Program-made: the position numbers and the translations under genes | DNA from: Candidatus Doudnabacteria bacterium | GTDB lineage: Bacteria > Patescibacteriota > Doudnabacteria > UBA920 | Assembly: GCA_023245995.1 (NCBI GenBank) | Contig: JAHFJH010000005.1 | Location: forward strand, 1-51,599 | DNA: 51,599 bases | Direction: 5' to 3' | In this document: piece after piece, positions 8,833 through 16,955 of the stretch | How the letters are laid out: each line of letters begins with the position of its first letter | How positions within the stretch are numbered: position 1 is the stretch's first letter | Notes under the pieces: model-generated | Told to the model about the DNA's origin: nothing | Databases searched by the model: none | The model's input: only the letters and a program-made list of their open reading frames with translations

Positions 8833-9894
8833 CTACTGTTGCTCTGGTGGTGGCAGTTTTGTAACCGCCATTAAGTAGGGGCCGGTGCTGTAGCCGGATA
8901 TGACGTCGGTCAAAATAAGTTTTTCGGGGTTGTTAAGATCCCGAGAAAATATTTTTACCGAATTTGGTCTTGCCCCTCTTGGTGCTTGGCTAGCTACTGC
9001 AACCCAGTCTCCAAAGCACGTAATACCGTAGTAGTAGGTGCTTGAGTCCAACTCGCCCTGTGCTACCAGCTCGCCGCTTTGCGCATTAAGAGCCAGTGGG
9101 AAACCAAATCCTTGGAGGGTATATACGAGGGACTTATCCTCATTTATGTCCAAGGTAAATGCACCGCCAAACTGCGGATTTAGTTTGATGACTTTAACCA
9201 CCTTGAAACTTGGTATGTCAACCACAGTGACACCGGGAGCGTATGGCGTTTCATTGGTGACGTACAGATTGTCACCAATTATTGCCATGCCTCTGGCTCC
9301 GGACATGCCTTGTATGGTGTCGGTTTCACCGGTGAGTAAGTTTATTCGATAGAGCAATCCACCTTCTTGGCTACCCGTAACGAATAGGAAGTTTTCGTCT
9401 GCTGACAGCAGGCAAAATTTTATCGCCCATTCAGCCCACCTTCCGAGTTTAACGGGAATAATGCTGGTTGTGCCGTCTACAAGATTGCAGTCGTAGACGA
9501 CATGGTCTATTTTGTCGGTGACAAACATGCGTTTGCCGTTTTTGGTTATGGCAATGCCAAACGGGCTTCCTTTTTCTGCCACGTTGGCAATTTTGGTAGA
9601 GCCTAACCGCTGAAGACTCAGTACATCAAACGCGTCTACATCTCCTTGGTCGTTGTTGTCTGCACAAGCAATGCGGACAACGCCGTTGTTAATTGAAATG
9701 CCATAGGCTTTGCCACCCATGGGAATGCTATTCATTGCAACTACCCGTCCGTTTTGAATGTCAAACACTCCTACCATAGTGCCTTGTTCGTACCCGACGA
9801 AAAGGCGATATGTATTTGGTGTTGTGCTCTGTGCACCCGCCAATTTGGTTTGCGACAGTGCAAAAATTGCGACCATCAAAAAACGTGTAAACAT
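8833..9894 (-). CDS. secreted YVTN/YncE-like beta-propeller protein
   Basis: AAAGGAG SD before ATG 9894; signal peptide MFTRFLMVAIFALSQ; repeats PFGIAIT..GKRMFVTD, ARGMAI..DNLYVTN and GVTVVD. Confidence 0.75.
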   Translation of the reverse strand: MFTRFLMVAIFALSQTKLAGAQSTTPNTYRLFVGYEQGTMVGVFDIQNGRVVAMNSIPMGGKAYGISINNGVVRIACADNNDQGDVDAFDVLSLQRLGSTKIANVAEKGSPFGIAITKNGKRMFVTDKIDHVVYDCNLVDGTTSIIPVKLGRWAEWAIKFCLLSADENFLFVTGSQEGGLLYRINLLTGETDTIQGMSGARGMAIIGDNLYVTNETPYAPGVTVVDIPSFKVVKVIKLNPQFGGAFTLDINEDKSLVYTLQGFGFPLALNAQSGELVAQGELDSSTYYYGITCFGDWVAVASQAPRGARPNSVKIFSRDLNNPEKLILTDVISGYSTGPYLMAVTKLPPPEQQ

Positions 9895-10283
9895 TTGTAG
9901 CTCCTTTGTTGATGTGAATGTGCGGCATGTCTCGCATGTGTGCGAGTAGCATGGTTTTTCAGATATCCCTAACATACTCGTACGCAATACAATAGTCAAC
10001 AGAGGGATGTGATATGCATAACACAAAAGTTAAGACTAAAATTTGTAGGAAGCAAAGTGTTATTGTCCATACCACAAAATGGTGCCATTGTTTGTGGTTT
10101 TGTTTGGTTTAACTTTTTTGCTTCACGCACTAAACGTGCTGGGCGACCACATAACAGCAATTGTCTGGCCGATAATCTTAATAGCTATTGGCCTTCAAAA
10201 GAATTTTGAAATGCGTTGTACATGTTGCAGTAGAATGTAGTTATTTGATGCATAAACATCCTTATTGCGGGGATGTTTTGCTA

Positions 10284-10313
10284 TTGCGTGTTATTGTTTA
10301 GTTTTGCTATAAT
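10284..10313 (+). promoter_or_regulatory. probable promoter of tRNA-Asn
   Basis: TTGCGT, 18 bp, then TATAAT preceded by TG (extended -10), about 30 nt upstream of the tRNA. Confidence 0.55.
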
Positions 10314-10378
10314 AAGACGGTCAATTTATACAAAATTGATGTGTTCGGGAGTAGCTCAGCGGTAGAGCAATCGGCTGT

Positions 10379-10931
10379 CAGGTACACAATTATCTGCAAA
10401 TTTATGGTAGATAAAAGAACCTACAAAGACCGCGCCACATATTTAATTAAGGCCGTGGCTAAAAGGCGTAAATCGCTTAAAGCTCAGGCGTTGGATTATA
10501 AAGGTGGCAAATGCGCTATATGTGGATACGATAAATGCTCTAGTGCTTTAGAGTTCCATCATATAGACCCAAAACAAAAAGATTTTGGCATAGGCGAGAA
10601 AGGCTATACAAGATCTTGGGAGAAGGTGAAGCATGAATTGGATAAATGCATACTCATTTGTTCAAACTGTCACCATGAAGTGCATGCGGGTCAAGTGCAG
10701 CTTCCTTCGGTAACGATGGAATGATAACGAGGTGAATTGACTGGAAGCCGTAATCTGCCAACTGGCGGAACGGTAATCAGCAGCCAAGCTTTGACGAAAG
10801 TCATTGAAGGTTCAGAGACTATCCCTTACGGGAGTACTTCTCTAACACATGTTAGAGCGGGAAGCGCCTCGCATCCTACTTGTTAGGATGATGATATAGT
10901 CCACCCCCAGTAGAAATACTAGGACAATGTG
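10379..10931 (+). mobile_element. group I self-splicing intron (553 nt) at tRNA position 35/36
   Basis: Exon ends in U and intron ends in G; P1 GGCTGT/GCAGCT (10697-10702) with U.G at the splice site; P3 CGAGGTG/CGCCTCG; P AATTGACTGGAA; Q AATCAGCAGCC; R GTTCAGAGACTA (10810-10821); S ATGATATAGTCC (10891-10902); P8 CATCCTA/TAGGATG; P9 with GAAA loop. Confidence 0.93.
10404..10724 (+). CDS. intron-encoded HNH endonuclease (putative homing endonuclease)
   Basis: 106 aa from ATG 10404: CAICGY...LEFHHIDP...CILICSNCHHEVH, a Zn-binding HNH signature. Confidence 0.88.
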   Translation: MVDKRTYKDRATYLIKAVAKRRKSLKAQALDYKGGKCAICGYDKCSSALEFHHIDPKQKDFGIGEKGYTRSWEKVKHELDKCILICSNCHHEVHAGQVQLPSVTME

Positions 10932-10974
10932 TAACCGATGGGTCCTGGGTTCGAATCCCAGCTCCCGAGCCAGC

Positions 10975-11005
10975 AAAAAACCACTAACCTGTTTGGTGGT
11001 TTTTT
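10975..11005 (+). terminator. intrinsic terminator after tRNA
   Basis: AAAAAACCACTAA/TTGGTGGTTTTTT. Confidence 0.75.
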
Positions 11006-11019
11006 GTTATTATTAGCCT

Positions 11020-11727
11020 ATGATTAGAAAAATTTCGGCTAATAGTCGCTACAAAGCTGAACATGACTGGCTTACAACATACCACCTGTTTTCTTTTAGT
11101 ATGTACTTTGACCGCGGCAATATGAATTTTGGTGCACTCAGGGTTTTTAACGACGACTACATACAAGGTGAAAATGGTTTTGGTGCGCACCAACATGACA
11201 ATATGGAAATTGTTACTATTGTCCACGAAGGCCAGCTTACTCATCAAGATAGCATGGGCAACACTGGAACAATTCGCAAGGGTGAAGTTCAATACATGTC
11301 AGCTGGAACAGGGGTAACTCACGCCGAGGTGAATCAGGACAAGGAGCCAATACACTTGTACCAAATTTGGATAATGCCCGATGAACAAAATGTGCAACCT
11401 CAATACGCACAGAAGGATTTTAGTAATATATCATCAAATGCCCTGGTTCCAGTTGCCTCCGGACAAAACCTGCTTGGCGCAATTCCAATCCGCACGAACT
11501 CCACTATTTACCTATGTAAGTTGGATGCAGGACATAGTATAATCCACCGGCTTGAGCATGATCGCGGACTATTTGTGTACATGAAAGAGGGCGATGTGGA
11601 AATTAATGGCACAAAATTCGAAAAGGAAGACCAAGCTAGAATTATGGACCAAGACACTATTTTGATAAAAGCCAATACCGCCACTGAATTTGTTGCTATT
11701 GATGTGCCCATGAAGCTACCAATATAG
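11020..11727 (+). CDS. pirin family protein (YhhW-like)
   Basis: FGALRVFNDD, GFGAHQHDNMEIVT, HQDSMGN and MSAGTGVTHAE motifs. Confidence 0.93.
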   Translation: MIRKISANSRYKAEHDWLTTYHLFSFSMYFDRGNMNFGALRVFNDDYIQGENGFGAHQHDNMEIVTIVHEGQLTHQDSMGNTGTIRKGEVQYMSAGTGVTHAEVNQDKEPIHLYQIWIMPDEQNVQPQYAQKDFSNISSNALVPVASGQNLLGAIPIRTNSTIYLCKLDAGHSIIHRLEHDRGLFVYMKEGDVEINGTKFEKEDQARIMDQDTILIKANTATEFVAIDVPMKLPI

Positions 11728-11753
11728 ATTTAGGAAATTAATTGAATTGAAAT

Positions 11754-12179
11754 ATGGCAACAATAAACCCTTGGATAAACTTTAATGGCAACGCAGAAAA
11801 AGCATTTACCTTTTACAAATCGGTGTTCGGCGGAGAGTTTGGAAGAATTGTACGGTTTAAAGACCTGGCAAGCGCTGAGTTTCCCGTACGCGAAGCAGAA
11901 GCAGAGAAAATAATGCTTATTACATTACCCATTGGTAACGGTAGTGTGCTCATGGCCAACGACGTGCCGGAAGTAATGGGCAAAGTAAATGAACGGGAAA
12001 ACCGAAGCAAAATTTCCGTAAGCGCGGAAAGCAAAGAAGAAGCGGATAAATTATTCACCGGCCTTTCTGTGGGTGGAGAAGTAGAAGGCCCAATGGGCGA
12101 CGGGCCATGGGGTTCCTATGCAGGTATGTTCCGCGACAAATACGGCATTGAGTGGATAATTGAATTTTATTTCCAATAA
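11754..12179 (+). CDS. VOC/PhnB family protein
   Basis: NPWINFNGNAEKAFTFYKSVFGG and PWGSYAGMFRDKYGIEW. Confidence 0.9.
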   Translation: MATINPWINFNGNAEKAFTFYKSVFGGEFGRIVRFKDLASAEFPVREAEAEKIMLITLPIGNGSVLMANDVPEVMGKVNERENRSKISVSAESKEEADKLFTGLSVGGEVEGPMGDGPWGSYAGMFRDKYGIEWIIEFYFQ

Positions 12180-12423
12180 TAGTTTCTTATTCTCCTAGGC
12201 AATGAGGGCAATATAAAATCCCTCCATACTGACAACTTCACCTCACTTTGCAAAATCGCCCATACGATAATTAGCATTGTAGCCAAAATATTTAAAAGAT
12301 TTTTTATAAACTACGCTTTTATAGAACAATAATGATAATTATGTAGTGGCTAAGTTTTCAAGTATGTAGGCTATTAACACGATATTTAAGTCTCGCGCCA
12401 ATAGCCCAGGTTAAGGAGACATG

Positions 12424-12546
12424 TTAACCACTTGGTTGTCTGTGGCCAGACGTCTCACATTTGTTTTCTACAACCCTACAGTCGCAGATCCCTCCAGTCG
12501 TTCCAGGACATTCCCTTGAGCCACAACAATCCGTTCCTTCTGGCAT
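12424..12546 (-). CDS. 40-aa cysteine-rich micro-protein
   Basis: AAAAGGAGG-TCTA-ATG; MPEGTDCCGSRECPGTTGGICDCRVVENKCETSGHRQPSG*. Confidence 0.5.
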   Translation of the reverse strand: MPEGTDCCGSRECPGTTGGICDCRVVENKCETSGHRQPSG

Positions 12547-12651
12547 TAGACCTCCTTTTACCCAAAATGGGCATATAACTATGTTATCATAAAAGCAACT
12601 ATATGATGTAAATGATGTTTTGAATATACGTTTAACAGTTAATCAAATTTT

Positions 12652-13137
12652 ATGGCAGAAATAAAGACAAAGGCTACTAAGGAAAGTGTGGCCAAGTTTA
12701 TTAAGACTATTGAGCCAAAGGAAAAGCAAGTAGACAGTTTAGCTTTGCTCAAACTTTTTACAAAAGTTACCGGAGAGAAGCCGGTTATGTGGGGACCAAG
12801 CATTGTAGGCTTTGGGAAGTACAACTATAAATCTGACAAAAGGAGGCAAGAGGGTGACTGGTTTCATGTAGGGTTTTCTCCTCGCAAGCAAAACTTAACC
12901 CTGTACATTTTGGCTTGGAAGATAGAAGACCCTAAGGAGCTGTCTAAACTCGGAAAGTTTAAACGAGGCGGTGGGTGTTTATACATAAACAAACTTGCCG
13001 ATGTAGACCAGAAGGTTCTGGTAAAATTCATTAAAGAAATATACATTTACCGAAAGAAAATTCACAAAAAGGAAGAGCGGCTGCGTGACGCCCGCCCGCC
13101 AAGCAAGCCGAGTTCGCGAGGCGTTGCGGGCAGGTAA
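12652..13137 (+). CDS. DUF1801 (YdhG-like) protein
   Basis: MWGPSIVGFGKY.Y, VGFSPRKQNLTLY and LGK...G.GCLYINKLADVD motifs. Confidence 0.88.
   Translation: MAEIKTKATKESVAKFIKTIEPKEKQVDSLALLKLFTKVTGEKPVMWGPSIVGFGKYNYKSDKRRQEGDWFHVGFSPRKQNLTLYILAWKIEDPKELSKLGKFKRGGGCLYINKLADVDQKVLVKFIKEIYIYRKKIHKKEERLRDARPPSKPSSRGVAGR
13091..13134. repeat. GC-rich imperfect palindromic element in the 3' end of the DUF1801 gene
   Basis: CCCGCCCGCCAAGC...GCGTTGCGGGCAGG arms in an AT-rich context. Confidence 0.5.
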
Positions 13138-13171
13138 AAGATAAATAATCAATTAATATATGAATGAAAAT

Positions 13172-13795
13172 ATGTCCGCCAGAGGCGGATCCGCCTTTGG
13201 CGGAAGAAAAATAATTGTAATATCAATGGTTACGTTAGATGGGGTAATGCAAGCGCCGGGTGGGCGGAAGGAAGATACAAGTGGTGGGTTTAAGTATGGC
13301 GGGTGGACTGCTTCGTTCAATGACAAAGTTTTTAATAAAGCTATGGCAAACGAATTAAAGCCTGCAGATTATTTGCTTGGCAGAAAAACCTTTGAAATTT
13401 GGGAAAAGTATTGGCCAAAACACGCGGACTTTTGGCCAGGTATAAACAGCGGCACTAAGTACGTAATGAGTAGCACTAGGAAAAGTTCAGATTGGAATAA
13501 ATCTGTATTTATAAAAAATGTGGCAGATATTAAAAAGCTTAAAAAGACAAAGGGCCCAAACATTCAAGTATGGGGGAGTAGCAAGCTTATTCAAACGTTA
13601 CTCAAAAATGACTTAGTAGACGAGCTCAGACTGAAAATTTTCCCCCTAACTCTTGGCAGCGGAAAAAAGTTGTTTGGTGACGGCACAATTCCAGCAGCAC
13701 TTAAGTTAGTAGAGGGTACCATAACGCCTACTGGAATTATTTTAGCCAACTATGAGCGGAGCGGAAAAGTTAAAACAGGGAGCGTTGAAGTTTAA
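13172..13795 (+). CDS. dihydrofolate reductase/RibD C-terminal family protein
   Basis: VTLDGVMQAPGG, LLGRKTFE and WGSSKLIQTLLKNDLVDE...LGSGKKLF; alternative in-frame ATG at 13160. Confidence 0.9.
   Translation: MSARGGSAFGGRKIIVISMVTLDGVMQAPGGRKEDTSGGFKYGGWTASFNDKVFNKAMANELKPADYLLGRKTFEIWEKYWPKHADFWPGINSGTKYVMSSTRKSSDWNKSVFIKNVADIKKLKKTKGPNIQVWGSSKLIQTLLKNDLVDELRLKIFPLTLGSGKKLFGDGTIPAALKLVEGTITPTGIILANYERSGKVKTGSVEV
13175..13204. repeat. 30-bp palindromic element inserted in frame (encodes SARGGSAFGG)
   Basis: TCCGCCAGAGGCGGA-TCCGCCTTTGGCGGA, self-complementary except one G.T pair. Confidence 0.75.
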
Positions 13796-13798
13796 ATT

Positions 13799-14125
13799 AT
13801 GGACAATAAAAAAATATCAACTTCGCCAACTGGTGGAACAGCACATAAGCTCCCGTTGGATTTAAACAAGGCGCTTGCTTTTGATAGAAAGGCATTGGCT
13901 TTATGGGAAGACCTTACACCACTGGCACGTAATGAGTGGATATGTTGGGTGACTTTTGTAAAGAAAGAGGAGACAAGAAAGGACCATGTGAAAAGAGTAG
14001 TGAGCGAACTTAAAGAAGGCATACGCAGGCCATGTTGCTGGATGGGCTGTCCACATCGTACAGACAAACCCATAAGCCATTCGGTACAATGGGTGCTAAA
14101 CAAGCAGACTAAAAAGTTAAAATAA
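13799..14125 (+). CDS. YdeI/OmpD-associated family protein
   Basis: LPLDL.KAL, WEDLTPLARNEWICWV...K.EETR and RRPCCW.GC motifs. Confidence 0.85.
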   Translation: MDNKKISTSPTGGTAHKLPLDLNKALAFDRKALALWEDLTPLARNEWICWVTFVKKEETRKDHVKRVVSELKEGIRRPCCWMGCPHRTDKPISHSVQWVLNKQTKKLK

Positions 14126-14164
14126 TGTGTTGTTATAAGGTCCTGGGATTTAACATAATGAGGT

Positions 14165-14680
14165 ATGAAGAAATTTTGTATTACTTTTGCTGGGGCGGTA
14201 GGGAGTTCTAAGTCACCTATTGCTAATTATTTAAGTGGAAAGCTAAATTTGCCTGTGTTTAATAACGATATTATCCGCACCGAAGTTCAGGAGGACATGG
14301 GTAAATTTGACGAAGTAGAGTATAAAAAACGGAGAAATGAAAGAGCAGAGGCGTTGCTTAAGAGTGGTGTGTCATTTATATACGACGCCAGTGTAGACAG
14401 AGAATGGGATTTACTTAAAAAGTGGTTAATTCGGGAAAAATATAATTGGTTTATTATTAGTTTAGACTTAAGCAAGGACTTGCTTTTGAAACTTTATAAG
14501 ATAAAAGAGTATGCAGATGCACAACAGAGGTTGGAACAACTTTTTCTTGAACATCAAGTTTTTCTTGATAAGTATTCTAAAGAGGTTGGTGTGCATATTA
14601 CTGATGAGCAATTTTACAGTAGGTTGAGCGTTGCATATATAGCGGTCAAAGAGTCAATTACTACTCATGCTAAGCTTTAG
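14165..14680 (+). CDS. P-loop nucleotide kinase-like protein (AAA_33-like)
   Basis: FAGAVGSSKS Walker A variant, NDIIR and IYDAS. Confidence 0.7.
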   Translation: MKKFCITFAGAVGSSKSPIANYLSGKLNLPVFNNDIIRTEVQEDMGKFDEVEYKKRRNERAEALLKSGVSFIYDASVDREWDLLKKWLIREKYNWFIISLDLSKDLLLKLYKIKEYADAQQRLEQLFLEHQVFLDKYSKEVGVHITDEQFYSRLSVAYIAVKESITTHAKL

Positions 14681-14714
14681 TTATAAGCTAGTAATGGCGT
14701 TTAGGTGTAATATA

Positions 14715-14816
14715 TAAGTATATAATTAACAAGTTAAATTTATGTCACATGGTATGCACAAAGAGGGTGGAAGAGCGGTATATGGTCTTGGGTTTATTGG
14801 CGCCGCTATTTATTTT
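14715..14816 (+). repeat. 102-bp direct repeat, copy 1
   Basis: Identical to 15881-15982 except A14774 vs T15940. Confidence 0.95.
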
Positions 14817-14855
14817 TTTGATAAAATAATATATGAATCAAGAAACTCAAAATGA
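14742..14855 (+). pseudogene. truncated duplicate of the small membrane protein gene at 15908
   Basis: First 25 codons match (one substitution), then the frame runs into unrelated sequence and stops at TGA 14853-14855. Confidence 0.7.
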
Positions 14856-15840
14856 AGAAGCAGAAGTTCCAAAAAAGCAGAAGCGTCGTTTTTTAAAGTG
14901 GCTTGGTAGGTTTGTAATATTGGTTATTATTTTTATCTTAGTCGGCGCAGTCTATGAACCTATTGCAGAAAAACGAGACGCGAAAGCTCACCCGCCAACA
15001 GGGCAAATGGTAGACGTAGGCGGGTACAAGTTGCACATTCGTTGTACAGGAGTGGGTGGGCCTACAGTAGTTATTGAGTCCGGCTGGGGTGATTTTTCTT
15101 CCTCTTGGGCTTGGGTACAGCCAGAAGTTGCAAAGACCACTCGTGTTTGTACCTACGACAGGGCGGGTACGGGATGGAGTGAACTTAGTCCAGAACCTAG
15201 AACCGCAAGAGTGTTTGCTCGTGAGCTACACACACTCCTTGGCAAAGCGGGTGAAGCTGGGCCATATGTTTTAGTAGGACACTCACTTGGTGGGTACACA
15301 ATGCGTGTGTATGCTCACGACTACGAAAGCGAAGTTGCAGGGTTGGTTTTGGTAGACGCTCAAGCTTTGCCAACTAAAAATATTGAAAACCCAACGCCCG
15401 CTCCAAAACCGAATAAGAGTTCATTTCCTGCGTGGTTGGCCCGCGTAGGTATGGCGAGGTTGCTTGCCGGTCCACTTGGTGCTATACGCAATTTGCCTGC
15501 AAAAGATAAGTCGGACTATAGGGCTATTGCGGTAACTCCTCGTTATGTTCAAACTTTTTTTGACGAAGGTAGGGGCATGTCCGAAGGCGGTGCTGAAGCA
15601 AGAAGTGTTACCACGCTTGGAGCTTTGCCGTTAATTGTTTTATCCCGAGGTAAAGACCAAGATGCTGCTTGGGCCACTTCGCAGGCAGAATATCTTAAGT
15701 TGTCTACAAATGGTCAGCAGGTTTTTGCAGACAAGAGTGGCCACGAAATTATGATAGAACAGCCAGAAGCCGCTATTTCGTCTATTATAAAAATGGTAGA
15801 GCAGGTTCGTTCAGCTAACCAGAAAAATATCGTTCAGTAA
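14833..15840 (+). CDS. membrane-anchored alpha/beta hydrolase
   Basis: N-terminal TM segment; YDRAGTGWS, GHSLGG nucleophile elbow and SGHEI. Confidence 0.92.
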   Translation: MNQETQNEEAEVPKKQKRRFLKWLGRFVILVIIFILVGAVYEPIAEKRDAKAHPPTGQMVDVGGYKLHIRCTGVGGPTVVIESGWGDFSSSWAWVQPEVAKTTRVCTYDRAGTGWSELSPEPRTARVFARELHTLLGKAGEAGPYVLVGHSLGGYTMRVYAHDYESEVAGLVLVDAQALPTKNIENPTPAPKPNKSSFPAWLARVGMARLLAGPLGAIRNLPAKDKSDYRAIAVTPRYVQTFFDEGRGMSEGGAEARSVTTLGALPLIVLSRGKDQDAAWATSQAEYLKLSTNGQQVFADKSGHEIMIEQPEAAISSIIKMVEQVRSANQKNIVQ

Positions 15841-15880
15841 TTAATATAGAGTAGCAAGCAACGGCTCTAGGAGTAAAATT

Positions 15881-15982
15881 TAAGTATATAATTAACAAGT
15901 TAAATTTATGTCACATGGTATGCACAAAGAGGGTGGAAGTGCGGTATATGGTCTTGGGTTTATTGGCGCCGCTATTTATTTT
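15881..15982 (+). repeat. 102-bp direct repeat, copy 2
   Basis: Matches copy 1 at 14715-14816. Confidence 0.95.
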
Positions 15983-16087
15983 ATTAGCCATGCCGCCAGT
16001 TTTTGGTTGGGTGTGTTAGGTTTTTTAAAGGCCATAGTTTGGCCGGCTATTTTGGTGTATGAGGTCTTGTTAAGGCTATATAAATAA
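15908..16087 (+). CDS. small two-TM membrane protein (59 aa)
   Basis: MSHGMHKEGGSAVYGLGFIGAAIYFISHAASFWLGVLGFLKAIVWPAILVYEVLLRLYK*, below the ORF-track cutoff. Confidence 0.8.
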   Translation: MSHGMHKEGGSAVYGLGFIGAAIYFISHAASFWLGVLGFLKAIVWPAILVYEVLLRLYK

Positions 16088-16144
16088 TATTTTGGGAGCG
16101 AGTGTTCTGGTTTTTTTCAGTAGGGTTATTAAGAGAGATAATAT

Positions 16145-16474
16145 ATGGAACAAGAATTTAAAAAAGAAATTTTGTCTGAAGGCTCTGGGGTGGAAGCTAA
16201 AGCAGGCGACACTGTTGCTGTACACTATACTGGTACTTTGGAAAACGGAAGTAAGTTTGACTCTAGTTTAGACCGTGGCACGCCTTTCCAGTTTCCTCTT
16301 GGCGCTGGTATGGTTATAAAAGGCTGGGACCAAGGTGTTGCTGGTATGAAGGTGGGCGAGAAGGTTAAACTAACTATTCCGGCAAGTATGGGGTATGGGG
16401 AGTACGGACACCCGCCGGTTATTCCCGGAAATGCTACGCTTATTTTTGAAGTTGAACTGTTAAAAATTAATTAA
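16145..16474 (+). CDS. FKBP-type peptidyl-prolyl isomerase
   Basis: [25 protein letters not shown] and [14 protein letters not shown]. Confidence 0.97.
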   Translation: MEQEFKKEILSEGSGVEAKAGDTVAVHYTGTLENGSKFDSSLDRGTPFQFPLGAGMVIKGWDQGVAGMKVGEKVKLTIPASMGYGEYGHPPVIPGNATLIFEVELLKIN

Positions 16475-16505
16475 ACGCTAGTTTGTTTGGCAAGATGAAA
16501 TATTT

Positions 16506-16955
16506 ATGTCTGAAACCCTAGAATCTGGCAAAGTGCCGAATGCAGAAGAGTTAGACGAAGACGGCTTAACAGTGGCAGAACGAGAGTTCGCTGTTGGCAT
16601 GTTAAGCGTGGTAGAAAAAATTGTTCCGCCAAGTGAACGCAGGGACAGCGCCAAAGAAGTAGCCGAGCTAGAAGATTTACTTTCGGCATTTGAAGCAGAA
16701 CAGCCTTTGGAGGAGTTACGGTCCATACAGACTCTTACGCAGGAAGAAGCCACTCAGCACCCAACATGGAGAGCTGCCCAAACAGCCATAGCGCCTATTG
16801 TGCGTTTGTTGTATGTTTTAAATGCAGAAACTAATATTGCCACCGAAACATATGAAGCGCTATATGCACGGTATTTACCTTTATCGAAGGCGTTAGGGAT
16901 AATTAGCACAGGCGACACATTAAGGCACGAAAAAATTTATGCAAAAAATAGTTAG
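16506..16955 (+). CDS. hypothetical protein
   Basis: 149-aa acidic helical ORF, co-oriented and overlapping the next gene. Confidence 0.7.
   Translation: MSETLESGKVPNAEELDEDGLTVAEREFAVGMLSVVEKIVPPSERRDSAKEVAELEDLLSAFEAEQPLEELRSIQTLTQEEATQHPTWRAAQTAIAPIVRLLYVLNAETNIATETYEALYARYLPLSKALGIISTGDTLRHEKIYAKNS

Larger units (their letters stand above)
10345..10972 (+). tRNA. tRNA-Asn(GUU), intron-containing (exons 10345-10378 and 10932-10972)
   Basis: Acceptor TCGGGAG/CTCCCGA + G73 + encoded CCA; D arm GCTC/GAGC; anticodon stem ATCGG/CCGAT; joined loop CT-GT|T-AA; T arm CTGGG-TTCGAAT-CCCAG. Confidence 0.95.

Noticed and set aside
10341-10403. N-terminal extension MFGSSSAVEQSAVRY... of the HNH ORF in the track
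   Set aside because: It is translation of the tRNA 5' exon; ATG 10404 is the plausible start.
12172-12310. Minus-strand remnant resembling a small membrane protein (KNLLNILATMLIIVWAIL...)
   Set aside because: No convincing start codon and the similarity is too short to support a call.
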